DNA of 38,345 nucleotides from Catajapyx aquilonaris (taxonomy: Eukaryota). Positions 12,101-24,100 of this stretch are shown here, in pieces (positions within the stretch are counted from its first letter, which is position 1; the number at the start of each line of letters is the position of its first letter). Where the stretch lies: NCBI GenBank assembly GCA_000934665.2, contig JYFJ02003730.1, forward strand, positions 1-38,345, in the 5' to 3' direction. A program made the translations under genes and the position numbers. The notes beneath the pieces are model-generated. The model was not told where the DNA came from, ran no database searches, and saw only the letters and a list, made by a program, of their open reading frames with translations.

Positions 12101-15100
12101 ATTAATGGAGAAGTAGGCCTTAAAGGGACACTCCACTCAAAATACAAGTTGGGCTCTAAAAATCGGGTAAAAAATCCTGACTCCGAGGGTATAAGCAGTT
12201 TTTCTGAGAGACGAACGGTAAGGCCAGGGCGAAAGCTGGAAGTGTGTCGTTCTAAAACCGCCCTCAAACGGGCCCGGTGCACGTGGCGACGCCACCCCAA
12301 GGGTGACGTTGGATAGTAGCGCCGCCCTTCCCAACGGCGACTTGGATAAGTTGCCTGCGGGTATGGGGATCCGTGGGGATCTGGTTGTGTCCGAAGCCAA
12401 CTTCCCCTGGTGCCCGTTGGGAAGGGCGGCGCTACTATCCAACGTCGCCTAACTTGGCCAGGTGGCCAGGCGGCGCCACTCTTGAACAGACCTCGAATTT
12501 TTTCCGACTTTCGTCTCTTCCCCTGACATTACCGTTCGTCTCAGAGATAAACGGATGGTATCACCGGAATCAGGATTTTTTGCCTGATTTTTACAGATCA
12601 ACTTGCATTTTGAGTGGAGTGTCCCTTTAAATCTTGACTTTTGCACCTAGAGTAAAGAAAGTCAATTTAAAAGCATGTTGCAAAACACAGTTAAAGTCCT
12701 GAGATCAGGGATCACATTAGGTAATTCGTGATATTTGAATGCCTTCAAAGCATTTAGAAGCCCCAGGACCACAAAATGTTATGTAACTGAATTTACATCT
12801 GGCAGAGTGTACTATATCACTCAAAAACACAGAGATGATTTTGCATTTGATTCAAGTGCAGGATCGCCTCTATGTTTTTGAGCGATATAGTACATATGGT
12901 ATGAACATCTACATTGGCACTTACTAGGTGGTTTTTTCCATCGGTGGACCTGATACTGTCCTGAGAACCAATCAATAATATGTAGCTTTAGCAGTTGGGT
13001 CACTGCACGGTTGGGTTAGCAGCTGCTTAGGGTAATAGTGTTTTGTGAGTGGTTTTAATGACTCTGTTTGAAGATAACCTATTATAACCTAATTTTGGTG
13101 TATGGCTGGTTTTACTTTTGTTGTCACACACCTGGGTCAGCAACAGTTGGCTAACAGAAACAATATGAGGGATGCCCATGATATCTGTGTGGTCCAAGAG
13201 CTTGAAAGACATGTGTAGTCCTGGTACTTGGTAGCCTACTTTCAGGTAAAGGCAAGGGAATACTATAAGCATGTACAACTGGGCTGGCTTGCAGTATGTA
13301 CAAAATGCTCACATAGGGCTGGTTGAATGAACTAAAATTATTGGTTAACCCAAGATATGGCCAATGAACATGACTATATCACTCAAAAACATAGAGACGA
13401 TTTTGCATTTGATTCAAGTGCAGGCTGTACTTAAGTCAAATGCAAAATCGTCTCTATGTTTTTGAGTGATATAGTACATGGGGAGTCCCTATGCACTTCA
13501 CATGCCTATCTTGCCAAATCCCCCCCTATGTAAACACTTGAACATGAGCATAAAGGAGACTCTTTGAAGTACTGTATCTTACTTAATGGTGAGAATATAA
13601 TTAGCTTATCTGTCAAAATGTAGATACAAAAAATCCCCGATATTGTGCATTTCTGATCCCAACAAATTGTTAAGCAAGTATGGGTACCAAGAAGATGAAA
13701 TTAACCCTTATAAAACGGGTGTTACATATATGTAACAGCAACTTTGAAAAATTCTGCTGGCAAAACTAGAGCGTTTCCCGACCATGTAACGTGGGTTCTG
13801 AGTAGCTTGTACATTTTTTCGTCACGAAATAAAAGTCGCGAATTTATGACTATAAAATCTTATATATTTGCCAGATAGGGCCTAAACTTGCTTGGCATCA
13901 GCTTCTTGCAGCCTCTGAAAAAAACCCTTTCCTAAAACAAACCAGTATAATAATATAATAGATATAATAATCCTGGGATAGTGCTTTCACCCCCAAATGG
14001 GGGTATATCACACAGACCTTTATTTTGAACTATTATACAATATTGGAACCTATTATAGTTGAAGCGCCCGAGCCCATGGGCAGGATGACAGGAGGGGATG
14101 TGCAAGGTGCAGTGCATCTGACGCTGTGGCCATTTTTAGTGAACTCCCCCGGGTGGTTTAGTCTGTGGAAATACCACCCGAGACGAAGCCAGAGGTGACC
14201 CTGAACTCTGCACGAGATGAAGGGGGTGTCCCCGGGTTGGGATCGAACCTGGGACCTTAACATCCGTGGGCGCATACGTTACCGCAGCACCACTCCGCCT
14301 CCCCTAAAACAAACCAGTACGACTTTGGCCGGCAAATTTTGGCATACAGAGTTGCCCCCAAACCTCAAGACATTCCATCCTAAAATTAGTGCAAAAGATA
14401 ATGCAATACAGGTAAAATCTCGTTACAACGAAGCCCGCGGGACAGGGCAAATCTTTTCGTAATAACGGAATTTCGTTAAATAGAGATTGGTTATTTTTAT
14501 TTCCCCCCGCAAGTATGACCGAATCTGTCAACTCCTGGCACACCTGTACGTGGTCATCTGCGGCTACAAAATCTTGTAAGGTAACTTCATCCGGCACTCT
14601 GGTGCTTTCAGCATCGGACCTCTACACAGACAGGTCGTCAGGGTCATCTGAGTCTTCACCGTCCTGGTCACTACCCAAAATAGACACTGCCGACCCCTTA
14701 ATGCAACTTCTACCCCAAGATTTCACGATTGTTGACGGTGTTACACACGACCACACACTCGCTTATCACTAGACAGTGCTGGAGCACATGTGGCGGAGCA
14801 TTGAACTAGTGCATATTTCATTATATCGGGGTCAATACTAGCCGGGGAACCACCTGGTCACTCCTCCCAACATGTCCGTTGTACTGGAAATTTCGTAGTA
14901 ACGCATTTCGTAATAACGGGATTACAAATACATTGCTCTTATGGCTGGCCAACCAAAATTTTATTTTTATTGCGTTCTATTGAAATTTCGTTGCATTGGT
15001 ATTTGCTAAAACGAGATTTTACTGTAGTTTTAAAATAAATAAATGTTCGTAAATGCCAATTAGTGGCGCAGCCGGCCACGGTGCCACATCCACCCGGCGG

Positions 15101-18100
15101 GAATTTTGAACAGCTGTGGAGCGCAGCATTTTCCCACTCTGGTGGGCGTGTAAGTTTCTCTCTGTAGCCCGGATACCTGTAATTCATGCCTTGTGCTTAT
15201 GTATTGGTCTGTTCAGCAGCGCCAGGGCAACATACCCATATACGTCTTGTCAGAGCAGGAGAGTGACGAAAAATTGGAGTAGGCGCGAAACACACCCCCT
15301 GTGCCACCTGTTGCACCTGTAAGAATTTACATCTCCACATGGTGTGGCAAGAGTCATAGATGGCCTCAGGATCAAGCCTAGACACTAGACGCTGTTATTC
15401 ACTAGATTAGTCCCTCAAATGACAAAGGAAGTGAATTTTTTGCAGATCCTTGCAAAAACGAGGAAAAACCGGCCATCTAATATGAGAGAGACAACATACC
15501 AAAGGATTACAACTATACAATATTGATGTAACGGGTCAAAAGTCTAGAATATAAAACATCCTAAATTTAGGGTTTTAGTGGAATTTCATCATTTAAAACT
15601 TCTTCGCGACAAAAAAAGTCTTATAGAGCAGCTCGGTCCATCCGTCCATCTGTGTGTGGACAGTTATCAGGGCCTAAACTGCAAGAGATACCGTAGTGAC
15701 AAACGGTTTTTGGATTCAGATTCAGTGGACCCTAAATAGGTTTCATGGCCAACTTCTGGTTTTCCAGGTCCACTTCATCAGACAAGGTCAATTCTAGGGC
15801 CAGGTGCCCTTGGAAACTGGAAATGAGACGGACAACTTTCTATGTCATTGTTGTCCAATTTGAATTTCCTTGGCCAGGGAGCATATACTACATAAGAGGC
15901 GCAAACTTCCGTCGGCGCCTTTGTTGTTCGCGTCTCTCTGTTTATAGGGCGTTGTCAAGGCCGGCGGCCATCTTGACGTGTGTGGTATGCCAACGAGGTA
16001 TAAATAGGGTACAGGCTAAAATAAGGCCCGCCATCTTTGATGGTTTTGGCTGCCATGGCAATACACGGCAATAACACGCGCGAATTTGAATTCGATATTG
16101 GAAAATGGGTAAGTAAATTGTTATTGCCGTGTATTGCCATGGCAGCCCAAACCATCAAAGATGGCGGACCTTGACGGCCTGCCTGTACCCTATTTATACC
16201 TCGTTGGCGCACCACACACACCAAAATGGCCGCCAGCCTTGGCAACGCCCTATAAACAGAGAGACGAAAAAAATCGAATGTTTGCGCCTCTTATGTAGTA
16301 TATGCTCCCTGCCTTGGCTATGAGTGTTTTCTCCAGTCACACTCACTTGATTTTCGAATCTTGTTTAATTTGCTTTTCACAATGTGGGGCTGAGTTTATT
16401 ATATAAGAAGATAACCTATACTGTATCTCAATTGAAGAGCAATTCTGTTCTATTAGATGGTGTAAATTATTTTTGGTTTCCCTCAGTTATTCATTTGCAG
16501 AAAATTATAGAAAATCAGAGGGATTCCTCATAGTATTTCTCATTTGCCTGCTTTTCAATATTGTAATCAAGTGATCACATTTGTTGGGATCAGAAGTATT
16601 TCGTGGAATACAGCAGATTTATTTGTCTACATTTTAAATTTGCATATATGTTTTCATTGATAGGTTGATTTCATTACAACTGTTAAATGTGCCGTGACTT
16701 GTCCTTTCATTTGATGTGCCTGACTATAACTTTCCTTGGAAGAAATTTTCCAAAGATGTGACTGTTGCCAAAGGGCAACTAACAATGGCCATGGGATTTT
16801 TTTTAATGGGCAGCTCTGACTGTGTTTTTGCAGCAACTCGTGTGTATGTTACTGTACACATTTTATAACAAAATTGGAGGCAGTCAAGCCACAATTTTTA
16901 AAAATTATTGCCTGAATTGAGGTGGAAGGACCTAGTTATTTAACCAAATAGTTATTGGCACAGAAAATAGCAGTCACTGACAGACATGAATTAATTTCAT
17001 ACAGGTGGAGGTTTGCACACAGTGAAAAATGAAGATTAAATGAAAGAACAGTTGATTACATATAAAGTTCTGCAATAACACAACAATTTTTACAATCATT
17101 ATTATTAGTTCTTGTCTTACCTTTACTTGTGTGGCATTGTATACCATTACTTTTTGCAATTTTTAAAAGCTCCGTTGCTGACTGTGAACTTCCACTTGAT
17201 CAAGAAGACTTTTATCAGTGTGCCCACTGTTACAACGTATATGAAGTCCATATAACTAATGATAGGGATGTCACCAATATGCAGCATTGGATTTAAAATG
17301 GGGAAAAAAGTGTTTGCATTCAGGTACACAAATTTGTTACCTAGTACGTCTGGTACATTAAAAAAAGCTGCACTTCTTGATTGGAATATGCCACTTTCAG
17401 GGATCAAAGATGAGGTCATAAGAGAGCGTTTAAGACTGGGAACCACTTCGACATCAGTGTAGGTCACCAAAATAATTACCATTAAAGATGGCCACCACCG
17501 CACCGGTGTCCTAAAATGGCTACATCTCAGCTCCTAGTGGTCCGAATTTAATTCTGTTTATTTTGTTCGCAAGCTATTGTTAATGAGAAACCTTTATGTA
17601 GACATGGATGTGTCTCTAAACCACAGGGATCTCGCACGATTAAATAATTAGCGAAATTTCACGTTTCACACGAATTTCATCCTTACTGATGTTGTTTACA
17701 ACTAATATCATTGACTACTATATTTATACAATATTTGAAACGATGAGAAATGCTGTTGCAAAATAACTACACCGTACTCCCGATTTTCCGGGTTCGGATT
17801 ATCCATGCATCGACAAAAAAAAAAAAAAAAAAGAGTCCGAAATATAAGTCCGAAAAAACGTCAATGCCTCGCAGAAAGGAAATTGAATATACTTTTTCTA
17901 GAAGAATAGCTAAAAATATACGTTAAGTTTTATTATTTCGATTAAATTAATATTATTTAACCCTTAACTAGTGACCTGGAAAATCCTAACACTCACGTTG
18001 ACCTGGGGTGTTTAAAGACCCCAGGGGATTTTTTAAATATAAATTGCATTTAATGATAAATGCTTGCTTTTTAATTCTTTTACGCAACACCTGCAACTGT

Positions 18101-21100
18101 TTTCTACAATTTGGTTTAATTTTCAACTCTCTAGCTGCCATAGAATGGAATTTAAAAAATCATATACCTAACTAATAGTTAGGTATATGATTTTTTGAAA
18201 TTTTCGTTATGAAATGTTTAATTATTAGACATTTTATAACAAAAAAATTGCACCTGGGGTGTTGAAAGACCCCAGGGCACCAGTTAAGTGTTAAAGCAGC
18301 ATGCATACGTGCAGCAGTTCATTAAAAACCTGTTAGTAGCTCATTTTTACGGTGTCGAAGACCATTTTCAGATTATTATTCGTGCTTTCCGATTATACGG
18401 CGACACCCATGCATTCATTAGCACTTACCGTATATTTTTATCTATTCTTCTAGAAAAGGTATGTTAAATTTCCTTTCTGCGAGGCATTGACGTTTTTTCG
18501 GACTTTTATTTCGGACTCTTTTTTTTTGTCGATGCACGGATAATCCACACCCGGAAAATCGGGAGTACGGTGTTGTTATTTTGCAACAGCATTTCTCATC
18601 ATTTCAAATATTGTATAAATATAGTAGTCAATGATATTAGTTGTAAACGTCAGTAAGGATGAAAAACTTGTGAAACGTGAAATTTCGCTAATTATTTAAT
18701 CGTGCGAGATCCCTGCGGTTTAGAGACACATCCATGTCTACATAAAGGTTTCTCATTAACAATTGCTTGTGAACAAAATAAACGGAATTAAATTCGGACC
18801 ACTAGAAGCTGAGATGTAGCCATTTTAGGACACCGGTGGCGGCCATCTTTAATGGTAATTATTTTGGTGACCTACACTGATGTCGAAGTGGTTCCCGGTC
18901 TTAAACGCTCTCTTATGACCTCATCTTGAAAGTGGCATATTCCAATCAAGATGTGCAGCATTCTGGCAAAAATTGCCATGTACCAGACATACTAACCTAG
19001 TTTGTTGCAACTTTTATGTGAAGAAAAATTGTGCAACCTTAGGTGTTGTGCCTGTGAATGTAGAATACATATCTATATGTAGATCTATATGTAGATATTG
19101 CAGTATTTTGTGCCAGAATTGTTGGTACTGTAGTATTTCACAAAAGATCTGTCTGCTTTTATTTCCAGTGTAAGGTAGATTGTTATAATGGACATCAGTG
19201 ATATGTCCGTCCAGACTTTCATACTCACTTCAGCTACAGTTCTTGCAGTATGAGTTATGACAAGGGGAAGCAATGAGAAGAGTGACATGGCAACTAATCT
19301 GTTTTTTATTTGATTTGCAAAATCAAAAGCTAATTAGTTGGCATGTTTCCTTTCTCCCCCTATTGTTTTCCGTAGATCATGACTCAGGGCATGAAGAATG
19401 TTAGGTACAGATTACAGTGAGGCAAGAATCACATTCAAGAAGATGTCACAATGCCTAGGCATGATTCTGGCTTACTTCCACTAGAGCCAATTCAAACATA
19501 ACGTCATCGTGACTAAGGCTTAAGAGAAATGCTATGTCTTGTTTTTTTCTCCCTGAGTAACTTTGAGTGAAGTGTTCTTGTGTGAGCCGGAAGTTCTGTC
19601 CCTTGTGTGCTGGCTACCTGCTGACCTCTGCATTTTATTCCTGTAATTCATAAAGGATATTACCAAGTGTGATGGAGAATTTGTAGGATGTGTATCTTGA
19701 TTCTGATGCTTAAGATTTTTGGAACATTACACAGGTGCATCAAAGTGTTTACTGTAAAATAGTGATAAGTTAGTTAGAATTGCAAAACATAACTTTTCTG
19801 AGCTGAGATGTAATGCTCAGAATGTTGAGAATTTTCCAAATTTTCGTATTTCAAATATCCATGGGAAGTGACAGAAATTCACAGGAATTGTTATTTCAAT
19901 TTTTACTGTAATGGTAGGTGACAAACAGTTGCATATTGTTCATGAAAACAGGTTTTTATGAAATATTTGTGTGTGCACACTTATGGTGTCCCATATGAAA
20001 GGAAGTCACAATGTGCACTATCGTGCAATCATTGATTACATGATCAAATGTGACGGTTCACATGCCCATATCTTCTGGCAGCCATTTTGGGACATGCATG
20101 TAGGCATAATTTAACACTGTAGTGATGTTTTATTTATTTGCAAATGCTGATTTTGTGCTCAAATTCTAAGAAAATTTTGGTGTGTCCTCTCTGGACTCCA
20201 TAAGATATGCAACCCTAAAAGTGGTTGTCATCTGCCATTGGAAGCAGAATTAATTGAAATGAAAATCCCAGCCTGCTCCAATCACCTTCTACAGCTGTTT
20301 GAAATGCAATAAAATGACATAATTTAGCATTCAAGCATTACATCTCAACTCTGGGCATTTGCTTTACAATCCGAACTACTTTTTCTAGTTCATCATGCAC
20401 CTATTCGCCAATAAGAGCATAATAGACATTAGGCATCATATAGATTCCCTTTGAAAGAAGGAAGTGAAGCTGTCAGGTACAACCCAGTGGCATTCTGTGA
20501 TCTTGTGGAGTAACTACAATGCCCATGCTGCCATACAATTTCATGGTTACATTCTTATGAGAAATACCTAGCAAAATGGTACACAAGTGCTGGTGCAGCC
20601 AGCTGTACTGATAAATTCAGCCTGAATTACTGAGTTACTTGTGGGGCGAAAGAGTGAAATTTTGGCCAGTGGATAAGTAGCCATAAACCCTGCTTTTCAA
20701 GGGGGCATTAATATTATGGTATGGTCACTGATATTAGGCAATATGGTATGGTCACTGATATTATTGCACCTTTAATCTTACTGGGAAGTTTATTTTGCTT
20801 GGTTTTCATTTACTCACAAATCTTAGATTTCTACTTTATCAACCAACCTAGTACGTCATTTCAGTGCTGACTGAACAGTTGCATTGTATATTTGCTCTAG
20901 CCTTAGCATGATTACCCAAGCTTTCTTGAAGTGTCATGTAGTAAAGAGGGAGCGTTGGGGGGACACATGCATTTCTCGTACATTGTTACTTCTCATAAGG
21001 AAAGTGCAACTGATGCTTCCAAGAATGCTTGATGCAATTTTTCTGAAAGTAGTTGCAAGGTTGATATTAAAATTGATTGTGACACATATTGTATATTCAA

Positions 21101-24100
21101 AGAAAAGGTGGTGCCAATGGGCATGTATCTGTTGCATATTTATTTGTAATTAATGTGTTTTAAGCCCACTATTTTTGTCATGAGGCTTCAAAACAGGGGG
21201 GACCAGCCTACATACAGTTTACACAATGATTGCCATACACATTTCATACATAAACCTAGGTTAAACAAATACAAGTCCTTTTAACCTTCGACGAGGAGGA
21301 AGATTACAGAGGAGGTTAACAATAATAATATTGGCATGCCATTTGGCTACACAGGGTGTTTCTTGCTATAATAGGTCATCCTGCCGGCAGCATATTCCTT
21401 GGGCCAAAACAAGTTGAAAATGGAGGGGGGAGAAATATCAAGGGACCAACCGTTAACAAGTTAATGACCAGAAACATTGGCCGGTGGTTACCTAGGGAGC
21501 AGGATATGAGCGTGATAATCGTGACTGTTGGGATTTGCGAGATCACCTCTTTCACAGAAGTGATTATCACATCTCATAGCCTGCTCCAAGGAATGTTACG
21601 CTGCCGACGATGGGATGGCCTACTAGTAAGAAACACCCTGCATATACTCACTGTCAGAAATGAAATGAAGCATTTAGCTGTTAAGTGGTAGGTTCTTGGA
21701 GAACCATCCATAGTTTGTCTCTGGGGAATGTTAGTGAAATCAGTAGGAGGTTCTATTTGCCACTGATAAACATGGGACATTTTCATATGATACGGGACCA
21801 GTCATCCTAATTATTGTCATCACAGATTACAAAAGTCATTCGAGTTAGTTGTAAGACATCTCTTTAGTACCTAGAGGAAGCCACAACAAATGAAACCTTA
21901 AACATGCTAACATTCTATTGGTGTAGTGGCAGGGGGACTTGAATATACTGGGTAGGAAAATACCTGTTCCTATTGTAGTAATTCATTTTGGTCACATTAG
22001 ATGCAGATGCTATCAGACTATTAATATCATTAGCAATTTCACCATCGAACACTGTCAGTGATTATAGTGAAAACTTGCAATCCAGCTCTCGTCTTCTTTA
22101 TGGTGAAAGAAATTTTCGTCTGGTTATAGCAGTGAATTTAAAAAAAATATTGTCTTGTCACATTATAATGTGACAAAAATGGCCGCGGGAGACATAAGGT
22201 TAATGGAACAGACTGCATTGTTGATTGCCAGTGTCACTAATGAATATGGTCTATATCTGTTCACCAAAAGTCCCTTGAATTTGACGCAATGCAATATGTG
22301 AGCATTTGTTCCACATTTTCTTGAAGGAAACTAGACTGGGAACGCCAAGATGATTCTTTTTCATTGATGATTATATGTCCACTGATGTCATCCTGTATAT
22401 TCTTTCATAAGCTGTAGCTAATGCCATGCAACCAATTGTAACCTAACTTAATAACTCATAGTTTAGGTAAGACCATGACAGCTGTTTTTAATTTTTTCTG
22501 TTTGGACACTTTTTTGGGGGCACTGGGTTGAGAGCTAAATGGTTAAAGCCTAATTCATCAACACCAGTTATTGATGCATTCAGATTTATGAATTACTGCT
22601 CTTCAGGAACACCGATCGACGATCCAAGATGATCTCAGCCCCTTCCAACTTCAACCACATAACTCACATGGGTCCTGGAGATGGAATCAAGATCCAGCAA
22701 TTAATGGATTTGCCCACTACCCTGGAGACAGCTGATGCACATCCACACCCAATGGGACCCCATCAGAGCATGCAGAGGGTAGGAATCAAAGTCTCAATAA
22801 ATTCAATTAGAATCGGGCAGTGGTAATCAACATGACTTTTCTCTTTTCATGTACTGACATTATATCTTGTTAGATGTTGTGAATAGAATGCACTAAGTCC
22901 CACACTTACAAACATTCAACTTATGGACTTTCAGAGGTATGAGCAAACTTCATATTTTCATACCCTGTTTGGGCCAAGAAAGAGAGATTGATATGCTACT
23001 TGGACAGGCTTGAATCCCTGTCCCGAAGCAATAGCTTAGCATGTGTTAAGATTTTACATGCACAACTCTCATATGCACTGTACTGTACATACAGTGGTTT
23101 CTGTTATTGTTTTTATTTTTTATCTTAAAGCGTGTTTGTTATCACCTTAAATGTAAAGTTGGACTCCGAACAATTCAACTCACGAGAAGCATGTAAGTTC
23201 CTAAGGTGGGACTTAGTGTAAGCAGAGGATGAAGTAATGAGTGAAGTTGATTTGTTCAACAGTATACTAGGGGCAAGATAACTCATGCATTTGGGGAGGT
23301 GGCTTGTGGCCTTGGCAGCCAAATAATTAACCCCACCCCCTACCGATTGACCAATCAGGATTCGATTTCAAAGGAGGTGGGCGTTATGTTCTAAAACCTC
23401 AATAATGAGATGAGTTTGTTTACACTTACACAATTGGTAACCCAGCAGGGGGGAAATATTTCCCCACCAATCGTTCTAAATTCCATACAAAAAAAACTCG
23501 GCAGGGGGCAGGGCTAATTATGGTTCCCAAGGACAAAAGCCACCTCCACCAATCGCATGAGTCATCATGCCCCTAGTATAGTTTTGTGCAAGCTAAGGAG
23601 ACCTGAACAAGGTACTACACATGTTGCCATAATTGTGAGTCTTTATAAAGTGAGGGAGTGTGTATCCTGGATAATTTGCCTAGGTCGCTTCTACATGGTA
23701 AATGGCAAATGCTGTTTGGTTGACATTAGAACAAAAGCAGCATTGATAGAGAAGCAAATATGAAACCACCACATCATGAAAGTGGGTCCACTAAGGAATA
23801 AGAAAAGTCCATAGAGCAACGAGCCACGATGGGGTTGTTGGTGTCGGAAGACATAGAGGTGCCCTTTTGGTAGCTGGGTCTGAAGATGTCTGGAAGATGG
23901 GTCCCTTATAGAATACTGTCTGGCTCTGCTGCCACTCTGATGTCAACCAAGTGATGCATGGGTACAGGATGTGAGACCTAGTCAAAATTTTTGCACAACT
24001 ATTCCTGAAATATTTGTAACCATGTATGCATACAGTTCACTGATCAATTTTCATTTTACTTAACCTTGTACTTTTATGAAGATATGATATATACAATTCA

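Noticed and set aside
14225..14302. Functional tRNA gene
   Set aside because: A/B boxes are present, but the head continues into a body and tail bounded by a 17-bp TSD; this is SINE architecture.
21281..22203. piggyBac-like element from TTAACCT (21281) to AGGTTAA (22203)
   Set aside because: Ends match only over ttaacctt; the palindrome at 22156-22175 suggests an orphan right end, but pairing is unsupported.
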